This document shows positions 50,059 to 57,689 of a stretch of DNA of 64,000 nucleotides, piece by piece; position 1 is the first letter of the stretch, and each line of letters opens with the position of its first letter. The DNA comes from a virus. Lineage: Duplodnaviria > Heunggongvirae > Uroviricota > Caudoviricetes. Where the stretch lies: the IMG/VR virus record IMGVR_UViG_3300028653_000011. The stretch is one strand, 5' to 3'. The notes below the pieces were generated by a model that saw only the letters and a list, made by a program, of their open reading frames with translations, searched no databases and was not told where the DNA came from. Position numbers and translations under genes: made by a program.

Positions 50059-50094
50059 GTGACAGCGTCGCAGAACAACACGACTCGAACCAAC

Positions 50095-50100
50095 TAGTTA
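50095..50100 (+). promoter_or_regulatory. TANTTA putative late-promoter element (MCP gene)
   Basis: TAGTTA 21 nt before the MCP ATG. Confidence 0.6.
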
Positions 50101-50121
50101 CAGATCACAGGAGACAATCAG

Positions 50122-52071
50122 ATGAAGTTCTTCAGCATGGAACAGCTTGCCGCCGGTATTAAAGACCGGCACGTCGGCGCCGAGCGCGCCCGACTGGTAG
50201 AGAAGTGGAGCCGCACCGGCCTGCTTCGTGGCCTCGATGGCCAGCGCCGAGAGATGATGGCGCAGCTCCTGGAGAACCAGGCAGCGCAGGTCCTCCGCGA
50301 GGTCGGTAACTCGATCTCGACGGGTGGCGGTAACATGTCCAACTCGGGACAGATCTCCGGCTTCACCAACATCGCCTTCCCGATCGTCCGCCGCGTCTTC
50401 GGTGGCCTCGTCGCCAATGAGCTGGTGTCGATCCAGCCGATGAGCCTGCCGTCCGGCCTGATCTTCTACCTCGACTACACTTACGGCACCAACGTCGGTG
50501 GCGAGGGCACGTCGACGGCGGCGACCTACGCTTCCGGACAGTCGATCTATAACAACCCAACCGGCAAGGGTGTCCAGTCAGGATCGCTGGCGACGGGCGG
50601 CATGTACGACCTCGTCAACGTGGGCTTCAGCAAGGTGCACCAGTCGGCGTGGATCGGCGGCGCAGCTAGCCCCTACAACACCGGTTCTAGCGGCCAGGTC
50701 GGCGCGTGGAACAACCTCAACGGTACCTTCATGCCGGGTGGCCTCATCTCGGCAATGTCGGGCGTCAATGGCCAGCTCTGCAACTTCGACCCGCAGCTCG
50801 ATGTCGACATGCAGTCGGGCCTGCTCAACGCCGTCTTCCTGTACCTCAACGTTGCCGACATGCAGTCGAGCGTTGCGAACGGTGACTTCTTGGCCGTCGA
50901 ACAGGTCGCGGTCTTCGCGCTCAGCGGTACTGTTGTCAACAACGGCCTCACCGCCTGGAGCCAATCGTACCAGTCGGGTAACGGCGTCCTCAACCTTCGC
51001 CGCCTCAACAAGCGCGGTAACCTCGCCAGCTCCAGCTTCACGCTGAACCCGCTGGCAGGCACCCAAGTCCAGTGCGTCCTCCAGACGCCGGCGTTCGGTA
51101 ACACGTGGCAGGGTGCTTCGGCGGCTACCACCGCCAACGGCGCGTTGCTTCGCTTCGATGCAGCGTCGAACGTTCGCTTCTCGATGACGATCGCAGACGG
51201 CCTGACGACTGACCGCAGCGGCGACGGCGCCACGCTGGTCATCCCGTCGTTCGAGTCGGACTTCGGCGTCAACCCGTCGCCCGCCATCCCCGAGATTGAC
51301 ATCAAGATTGAGTCGATCTCCATCACCGCGACGACCCGCAAGCTCCGTGCTCGCTGGTCTCCCGAGCTCGCACAGGACCTCAATGCGTACCACTCGATGG
51401 ACGCTGAGGTTGAGTTGACGAGCATCCTGTCGGAGCAGATCGCTCTCGAAATTGACCGAGAGATCTTGAACGACCTCGTCACCGAAGCCAACGGCGCCAA
51501 CATGTACTGGAGCCGTGCACCGGGCAAGTTCGTCAACAAGCTGACGGGCATCAACTCGACGCTGGCGACCAACTTGTCGATCGGGCCGCAGTTCACCGGC
51601 ACCGTTCGCGAGTGGTACGAGACGCTGGTCGAGACCTGCATCGACTGCGCCAACACCATTCACCGCAAGACGCTCCGTGGCTCGGCCAACTTCATGGTCA
51701 CCAGCCCCGACGTGTCGACCATCTTCGAGTCATCGGTGCTCTACAAGCCGAAGTACTCGATCGACGGCGAAGGTCAAGTCGGATCGCCCTTCACCATCGG
51801 CGCGGAGGCCATTGGCACCCTGTCGAATCGCTTCACGGTGTACAAGGATCCCTACTTCCCCCGTAACCGCATCCTGATCGGCTACAAGGGCGGCAGCTAC
51901 CTTGAGACCGGGTACGTGTACTCTCCGTACGTGCCCCTCATCGTGACGCCGACCATCTTCGCCCCCGAAGACTTCACACCGAGGAAAGGCGTAATGACGC
52001 GGTACGGTAAGAAGATGGTGCGCACCGACTTCTACGGCACCGTCACCGTGCTCGACATGAACATCATCTAA
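50122..52071 (+). CDS. Major capsid protein (T4 gp23 family)
   Basis: LLENQA, FPIVRRVF, VSIQPMSLPSGLIF, TRKLRARWSPELAQDL, EIDREIL, YSPYVPL, FTPRKGVMTRY. Confidence 0.97.
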   Translation: MKFFSMEQLAAGIKDRHVGAERARLVEKWSRTGLLRGLDGQRREMMAQLLENQAAQVLREVGNSISTGGGNMSNSGQISGFTNIAFPIVRRVFGGLVANELVSIQPMSLPSGLIFYLDYTYGTNVGGEGTSTAATYASGQSIYNNPTGKGVQSGSLATGGMYDLVNVGFSKVHQSAWIGGAASPYNTGSSGQVGAWNNLNGTFMPGGLISAMSGVNGQLCNFDPQLDVDMQSGLLNAVFLYLNVADMQSSVANGDFLAVEQVAVFALSGTVVNNGLTAWSQSYQSGNGVLNLRRLNKRGNLASSSFTLNPLAGTQVQCVLQTPAFGNTWQGASAATTANGALLRFDAASNVRFSMTIADGLTTDRSGDGATLVIPSFESDFGVNPSPAIPEIDIKIESISITATTRKLRARWSPELAQDLNAYHSMDAEVELTSILSEQIALEIDREILNDLVTEANGANMYWSRAPGKFVNKLTGINSTLATNLSIGPQFTGTVREWYETLVETCIDCANTIHRKTLRGSANFMVTSPDVSTIFESSVLYKPKYSIDGEGQVGSPFTIGAEAIGTLSNRFTVYKDPYFPRNRILIGYKGGSYLETGYVYSPYVPLIVTPTIFAPEDFTPRKGVMTRYGKKMVRTDFYGTVTVLDMNII

Positions 52072-52073
52072 GT

Positions 52074-52093
52074 TCAATGATATCAACCACTTA
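52074..52093. repeat. 20-bp element, copy 2 (TCAATGATATCAACCACTTA)
   Basis: Reverse complement matches 29481-29500 at 19/20. Confidence 0.7.
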
Positions 52094-52112
52094 GGTGGTT
52101 GTAGATGAGGTT

Positions 52113-52140
52113 GAGAGGCTACTCGAAAGAGTGGCCTTTC
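52113..52140 (+). terminator. Stem-loop downstream of the MCP gene
   Basis: GAGAGGCTACTC-GAAA-GAGTGGCCTTTC, 12-bp stem with GNRA loop. Confidence 0.75.
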
Positions 52141-52185
52141 GCCGTTAAGCCTTTACAGGTATTCGCCAGAGGGATACTTATTGAC

Positions 52186-52683
52186 ATGCCCGCATCCAGA
52201 GCACTACGCAACGAGATGGAACGCTTGGGCCTTGACCACACCAAGGCCTATACGCAGCACCAATTGAATGAGGCCTACGCCGCTCACCAGGCGGCGCAGC
52301 TTGCGCTGCAGGTGGTGCCCGTCGCAGAGCCTGTTGGTGGATCGTTCCCGGAGACAGCAACTGTCGCACCGTTGACCAGCGACGCCACGGTTAAAGAGAC
52401 TGTACTTGAGCCCGTCACTCCTTCCCCCACCGCCGCCCCTGATCAATCCTTGACTGACGTGGAGCAGCAACCTGCCGCCGCCCCGCCGGTGCTTGTGGAG
52501 ACTGCTACCGAAGCAGGATTACGCGTCGACGCGGCTCCTGTGACCGATGCTGTGGCGCTGGGCACCGACAGCCAGACGTCGCACACTGACGAGCTAGCCG
52601 TCGCGGCACCCGATGCCGCTGATGTGCCCGCTGCCGCCTCAAGCAAGAAGGGTAAGAAAAACGTCGCAAAGAAGTCTGACTGA
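52186..52683 (+). CDS. Ala/Pro/Thr-rich hypothetical protein
   Basis: ATG 5 nt after TACTTA; low-complexity body with basic tail. Confidence 0.65.
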   Translation: MPASRALRNEMERLGLDHTKAYTQHQLNEAYAAHQAAQLALQVVPVAEPVGGSFPETATVAPLTSDATVKETVLEPVTPSPTAAPDQSLTDVEQQPAAAPPVLVETATEAGLRVDAAPVTDAVALGTDSQTSHTDELAVAAPDAADVPAAASSKKGKKNVAKKSD

Positions 52684-52734
52684 CACCTTTACTTGTCACA
52701 CGGGCTACATACTTAGTTACAACGGAGAACTGAC

Positions 52735-53262
52735 ATGAGCGTAATCGTCGATAGTAGAGGAGTTGTCGAAGCGGGTGATGGGCAAGGCAACCTGACGGTC
52801 GCCGGCGCGACGGTCACCAACATTAGCTACATGACGGCACAACCGCTGGTCGGTTCGGCCTCCTTCGGCGCCCCGGCGCTGTCGCCCGGTGGCCTACCCG
52901 GTCTCACCGCCATCCCAGCACCGGGCTTTTTCGCCGTTCCAGTGTCTGGTTCGGGCGGCCCCAGCGGCAAGGGTGCCGGCGGCTTCACGGGTTCACTGCC
53001 CTCTCCGGCGACCTACCCAGGCGGCGAAATTCTCATCACTGACACCCTCGGTCAGTTCGCCTACCTCATCACCGGCTCCATTTCGGTGATGTCGAGCTTG
53101 ACGGGTTCGTCAGGCGGCGGCACCGGCGCAGGTCTCGCCAACGCGGTCAGCGTCAACGGCACCAAGTTGACGGTCTCCCCCGGTGGTACCGTCGGCTTCT
53201 GGTCGGACAGCAAGGGTTGGCTGGTCTGCGCAGTGTCGGGTACCCTGATCCTGAACGCGTAA
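52735..53262 (+). CDS. Gly-rich putative capsid decoration/virion protein
   Basis: 175 aa; GGAG SD; TACTTA upstream; strong codon bias resembling the MCP gene. Confidence 0.7.
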   Translation: MSVIVDSRGVVEAGDGQGNLTVAGATVTNISYMTAQPLVGSASFGAPALSPGGLPGLTAIPAPGFFAVPVSGSGGPSGKGAGGFTGSLPSPATYPGGEILITDTLGQFAYLITGSISVMSSLTGSSGGGTGAGLANAVSVNGTKLTVSPGGTVGFWSDSKGWLVCAVSGTLILNA

Positions 53263-53289
53263 TTCACGTCCTTCTCTCGGCACACTGTT

Positions 53290-53308
53290 GGCCCGCGGAA
53301 AGCGGGCC
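53290..53308 (+). terminator. GC-rich hairpin
   Basis: GGCCCGC-GGAAA-GCGGGCC. Confidence 0.6.
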
Positions 53309-53497
53309 GTGCCGTTTAAGGCCGCCCACAGAATAATCGTGATCTGCGTGTTGTAGTTCAATGGGTCAGTTAATTGGGTCTTGTGCAGATGGTTTGTTCT
53401 TCGGCAGAATGTCTGTCTCAGACACTTGTACACTCCTACTCACGGGTGTAGTGTATGTTTGACGGCACAGAACAAGGCCGACAGGAGAGTATAGATC

Positions 53498-53788
53498 ATG
53501 AGCAGGAAGAACCGTAAGGTCATTGCGACCAACAAGAACGCGCACATCATCAGCCGCACCGATCGGACTGGCAAGGTTCGTACCGAGACCAGCCGCCGCG
53601 ATGAGGGTGAGCTCGACGTGGCAATTTCGACCGATTGGAACAACAACGCGACGCGCGTCTTCATCGACGCAACTGGTCGTGCCGATGGCCACAACCGTGG
53701 CTACGCCGATCTCACGCTCAACGGCCGACAGGCACGGATGTTGTTCTTGGCGCTGTCGAAGCACTTCGGCGTCACCGGCAAGTACTAG
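53498..53788 (+). CDS. Hypothetical protein
   Basis: 96 aa; AGGAG SD; followed by a terminator. Confidence 0.7.
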   Translation: MSRKNRKVIATNKNAHIISRTDRTGKVRTETSRRDEGELDVAISTDWNNNATRVFIDATGRADGHNRGYADLTLNGRQARMLFLALSKHFGVTGKY

Positions 53789-53824
53789 CATCGAGTGAAC
53801 ACGAGTTCACAATAGTGTAGGATT

Positions 53825-53857
53825 GGGCGAGGTTCCTTATGGGGGCCTCGCCCTTTT
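53825..53857 (+). terminator. Intrinsic terminator
   Basis: GGGCGAGG...CCTCGCCC followed by TTTT. Confidence 0.75.
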
Positions 53858-53873
53858 CACATCAGGAGATCAC

Positions 53874-54230
53874 ATGAAACTCACCCTCAACGCACAAGAA
53901 TTGTTGGCGCTGTACGACCTGCTCGAAGCGACGAGGCCGCGGCTTGCTATCGAGACCGATCAGGGGTCGCCCGACTTTCAGCTCCATCAATTACAGAAGC
54001 GTATCAGGTTGTGCATCATCGCCGCCTTGCGGGCCCACGGCACCGATCCGGTCGACGCGTTCCTGGCCCGTGAACAGGCCAAGATTGACGGCCTGATCGG
54101 GCAACCTATCGATGTCAAGGGTCATGCGACCTCCAATGTCTTCACCAATCTCGACGATGAGGCACAAGAATCGATCAGCGACAAATCGCAAGATCGAAAC
54201 GATCCATCATTTCACCCATGCTTCCGGTGA
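53874..54230 (+). CDS. Hypothetical protein
   Basis: AGGAG SD before ATG 53874. Confidence 0.65.
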   Translation: MKLTLNAQELLALYDLLEATRPRLAIETDQGSPDFQLHQLQKRIRLCIIAALRAHGTDPVDAFLAREQAKIDGLIGQPIDVKGHATSNVFTNLDDEAQESISDKSQDRNDPSFHPCFR

Positions 54231-54254
54231 GTGTACCAATCATCGCAGGTGTGG

Positions 54255-54260
54255 TACTTA
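54255..54260 (+). promoter_or_regulatory. TANTTA putative promoter of the tmRNA
   Basis: TACTTA 9 nt before the predicted mature tmRNA 5' end. Confidence 0.65.
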
Positions 54261-54269
54261 TAGATGTAC

Positions 54270-54635
54270 GGGGATGAAAGGTTTCGACACGGCGAAGACT
54301 TGGTGCGAAGCAGGCCAGGGGCGACCAGGTGCCCTGACAAACACGTGGTCACGTTTGATCGCCAACGATAACGGCATCGCTGATTACGCTCTCGTGGCGT
54401 AACCAACGGGTTCCCAACGACCTAGGAACAGAATGTTGGGCGCGCTGACACGTCGTCAGCAAAAACGTCTACCTCCCGACGTGATTGGGAGCACGCCAAA
54501 GCTCGTGAGTGAGGTGCGTGTAAGAAGTGTCCTAACCCACTAGTCCCGCCCGAGGACGATCAAGTAGATGGGCTAAACCTGTAGAATCGCACCGAAGACG
54601 CGTCGTGGACCCGGGATCATTCCCCGGCATCTCCA
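54270..54635 (+). ncRNA. ssrA: tmRNA (SsrA), tag peptide ANDNGIADYALVA at 54361-54402
   Basis: 5' GGGGATGAAAGGTTTCGAC; 3' GAC-CCGGG-ATCATTC-CCCGG-CATCTCC-A; 7-bp acceptor stem with G3:U wobble; internal AND...YALVA-stop frame. Confidence 0.93.
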
Positions 54636-54661
54636 CGAATTCCAACGATAGAAAGACACAG

Positions 54662-54916
54662 ATGAGCACCAAGATCGCCGATCGGCGTCGAGCCAACGGC
54701 AGTAGCCTCGATGGGCGCGCCCTGACCAATCGAGTTGCACTTGAAGTCAAGGGCATGCCGCTTGCACAGGCCTTCGCCACCGTACGAGCAGCCGGCTATC
54801 AGTTGCTGATCGCCAAGCACGACGGGGTGCCTCGCCCATCGGAAGTTGATCACCTCGACGACCGCATCGTCGTCAACGTGGTGCAGGGGCTGATCACTGA
54901 TAGTTGGGCCGGGTAA
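54662..54916 (+). CDS. Hypothetical protein
   Basis: ATG at 54662 after the tmRNA; 84 aa. Confidence 0.65.
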   Translation: MSTKIADRRRANGSSLDGRALTNRVALEVKGMPLAQAFATVRAAGYQLLIAKHDGVPRPSEVDHLDDRIVVNVVQGLITDSWAG

Positions 54917-54960
54917 ACTCTGTAGTATACCAGTCGCCCCGTACCAAGTAGAATTGTCAC

Positions 54961-55158
54961 ATGTCAGCACAGACCGAACGCCTCATTGAGGACATCAAGG
55001 CCGTTGAACAGCAGCTCGCCAAACGTTTGGCCGAAGGCATCAAGGATGCTTCCGACACGACGATCGACGTGCTCAACAAGCGCCTGTTGGAGTTGCAACA
55101 CCAATTGACCCACGCCAATCAGAACCTCCACGAAGGCCTGCGCATCCTCAAGAGTTGA
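54961..55158 (+). CDS. Small coiled-coil protein
   Basis: 65 aa; TAGAAT 6 nt upstream. Confidence 0.65.
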   Translation: MSAQTERLIEDIKAVEQQLAKRLAEGIKDASDTTIDVLNKRLLELQHQLTHANQNLHEGLRILKS

Positions 55159-55160
55159 GC

Positions 55161-55334
55161 GTGACGCTACCTGATCAATCGTGGGATGCCCAGTTCGCTG
55201 ACTTTTTGTCGCGTGTTGTGGCCGCGCGTGTCGCCGGTACAGACATGGCAACGCTACGACTTGAATACGCACAGTTGTTGGCAACGGCGCCTCCCGGCAA
55301 GAAACAAGCACTCAATCTCAAGGAGCTCACCTGA
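55161..55334 (+). CDS. Small hypothetical protein (57 aa, not in the ORF track)
   Basis: GTG-started ORF that fills the gap; TGATG coupling to the next gene. Confidence 0.5.
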   Translation: MTLPDQSWDAQFADFLSRVVAARVAGTDMATLRLEYAQLLATAPPGKKQALNLKELT

Positions 55335-55570
55335 TGGCAACAACACCTAACGCACCCCAACGCATTGACCTCTACCAACCCATCATGGCGACGAGATCAG
55401 GCCCTCAACCGCTAGCACTCCGCGTCGGCGTTGCTAATACCACGTCGATCAGCGAGGGGGTGCCTTCGGGTCCCATCCGCGTTGAGACCTACGTGCTGTT
55501 GAGCGCGCTGCCTGAGGATCTCCGCCGCCGCGTTGAGCTGGCCGTCCAAGTGCTGTTGGCCGGGCGCTGA
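55334..55570 (+). CDS. Hypothetical protein
   Basis: 78 aa; AAGGAG SD. Confidence 0.65.
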   Translation: MATTPNAPQRIDLYQPIMATRSGPQPLALRVGVANTTSISEGVPSGPIRVETYVLLSALPEDLRRRVELAVQVLLAGR

Positions 55571-55606
55571 TCGATCACCACGCACCACGCGTGGTAAGAT
55601 CGAAGG

Positions 55607-56215
55607 ATGAGCGCACACGGCTACATCCCGCTGGTCAAGCAGTACATCCATCAACGTCTTCCCAAGGAACACGTCCCTGCCTTACTTGAGGTCGGTGTCG
55701 ATCGCGGGGTGATGTGGTTGACGTTGCTGACCTTCTTGGCCCGCACTCGCCAACAGTTCATCGCTGTCGGTGTCGACGTGTTGGTGCAAGAGCAGGTGCA
55801 GCTGATGCTGGCCCACCTCGACCGCGCCGAGCAACAGCAGGCCTACCTCATCGAGGGCAACAGTCTCGAAGTGCTGCCCAAGATGGTCGAACAAGGCATG
55901 AAGTTCGACGTGTTGTTGCTCGACGGCGACCACAACTATCACACGGTGTCGCAGGAGCTAACACACCTTGAAGCGCTGACGCACCCGCATGCGATCGTGA
56001 TAGTTGATGACGTATTCGGCCGCTGGAGTGAGAGGGACCTTTTTTACGCTGAACGAGAAGGGTATGAGAACATCAAGACTGCTACTCAACGCGTTGACAC
56101 TGAGAAACATGGCGTGAAAGTAGCAGTTGATGAATGGATCGAGATGAATCCTAATTGGCAACTATCACAGCCCATTGCGGGTGAAGCGGTATTGTTGATG
56201 AGAAAGCATGCGTGA
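55607..56215 (+). CDS. Class I SAM-dependent methyltransferase (Methyltransf_24-like)
   Basis: LLEVGVDRG, FDVLLLDGDHNY, VIVDD. Confidence 0.85.
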   Translation: MSAHGYIPLVKQYIHQRLPKEHVPALLEVGVDRGVMWLTLLTFLARTRQQFIAVGVDVLVQEQVQLMLAHLDRAEQQQAYLIEGNSLEVLPKMVEQGMKFDVLLLDGDHNYHTVSQELTHLEALTHPHAIVIVDDVFGRWSERDLFYAEREGYENIKTATQRVDTEKHGVKVAVDEWIEMNPNWQLSQPIAGEAVLLMRKHA

Positions 56216-57228
56216 CAGGTCATCACGTCACTGCTGAAGATTTGCAACGTCGTGTTCAAGACGTACACGGTGGCATTGTTTTGCTCATCGAAAACACTTA
56301 CGTTAACATGGGTACCAAGGCGGAATTCATTGACGTTGATCATGGGTCATGGTGGACTAAACCTGGGAATGTCATTCACAGGCGTAGCAGACATCCTGCT
56401 CGATCAGGTAATATTGAACGGTGCAGAGCTAACTCGTTGGTACTAGCTAGTCGACCCGCTGAAGAACGCAGACACACTGACGTTGATGAAGTCAAGGAAC
56501 GTCTCGTATCAACGCATGGAGGTTCATTGCGCCTAGATGATACCTACGTGAACATGGGTACTAAAGCCAGATTCATTGATAGCGAATTCGGTGAATGTTG
56601 GCTTGATCCACACTCCGTCTTGACAAAGAACAAGCAACATCCTGACCGCGCAAAACGTGACAAGCGCATCAAACTCACAACACCGATCACTACAATTGAG
56701 GCGCGTGTATATGAGAAGCATGGTGATGTTGTTGTGCTTGATAGTTCAACGTACGCCGGTGTCAATAGCAATGCTAGGTTCATTGATGTGGAGCATGGTG
56801 AATGGTGGGCAATTCCATCGAATGTGATGCGCGGAACCAGTCATCCAAAGCGCGCAGCCAAGAAGATCATGGCGGCTAGCTTTGGTGCAGCGTCAATCTC
56901 ACATTGGTTAACTGGTGAGCTATGTGTTGCTCGTGGTAGCTATGAACGGGCGACACTTGCGTGGTTGAACACTAATCAGTATGATTATGACTGGCAGATC
57001 CCAATTACAACGCCCATCTTGACGCCCAAGGGAAAGCAATCGATCTACTACGTTGACTTGCTTATCAAAAGCGGTCAGTTTGCTAACACGTACGTTGAGA
57101 TCAAAGGCACGTGGAACAGAAAGAATGGCCACATTGGCAAGGCGAAGTGGGAGTGGTTTCACGACGCCCATCCGAATTCGCAGTTATGGATGAAGGTTGA
57201 GTTGCTTGAAAGAGGCATTATCACGTGA
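56212..57228 (+). mobile_element. Free-standing endonuclease-like gene with three internal repeats and PD-(D/E)xK C-terminus
   Basis: Three copies of TY..(M/V)..(K/N)A.FID..(H/F)G..W..P..V....HP; RGSYE..YYVDL..YVEIKG. Confidence 0.7.
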
Positions 57229-57299
57229 AGCGGTGATGCTGTTGAAGAAGCACGTCTGACCGCCTGACCGCCGCCTACTTATGGTAGGAGAGGCGCTCA

Positions 57300-57566
57300 A
57301 TGACACACAGACAAACCCGTGGGCGGGTGCTTGAAGACGCCTTTGGTGCTCCTCCACAATCACGTGGCAGCATGATGAACGTCGCCGGCAAGACCGACGA
57401 TGAGCTCGAGCCCGGTGAGGAGTTGTTGACCGACGAGGGCGATGACTGCCCAGAACTCGCGGGTGACGGCATGGCGACGATGCGCGGACCTGTCTACCCG
57501 GAGGGCGTGGCGAGGATCAGCATGGGCCAGCTACGTTCTTTCGTACGCCGTGCGCTGGTTGGTTAG
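57300..57566 (+). CDS. Small acidic hypothetical protein
   Basis: AGGAG SD; TACTTA upstream; C-terminal ISMGQLRSFVRRAL. Confidence 0.65.
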   Translation: MTHRQTRGRVLEDAFGAPPQSRGSMMNVAGKTDDELEPGEELLTDEGDDCPELAGDGMATMRGPVYPEGVARISMGQLRSFVRRALVG

Positions 57567-57689
57567 TTCCTCACCGATGCTGTTCGGCGTAGAGGTTAGG
57601 ATCAGTTCAATAGCGAGCCTATTTATCGTGTTCCCGACAGGTCTTGCCGGGCGCTGCGTGCCTAGTTACTCTGCAGAGGTTTGACCTAA

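Noticed and set aside
50578-51663. Long antisense ORFs (361 and 328 aa) opposite the MCP gene, and similar ones opposite other GC-rich genes
   Set aside because: Expected from strong codon bias in high-GC3 genes; no motifs or start signals
54112-54402. 96-aa ORF ending ANDNGIADYALVA
   Set aside because: It is the tmRNA tag frame extended upstream by chance; it overlaps another gene and the tmRNA 5' domain
55607-57228. Restriction-modification pair (methyltransferase plus nuclease)
   Set aside because: The methyltransferase has small-molecule/sugar-type motifs (DGDH) and lacks DNA MTase motifs (DPPY/NPPY or PC); the nuclease looks like an inserted homing element
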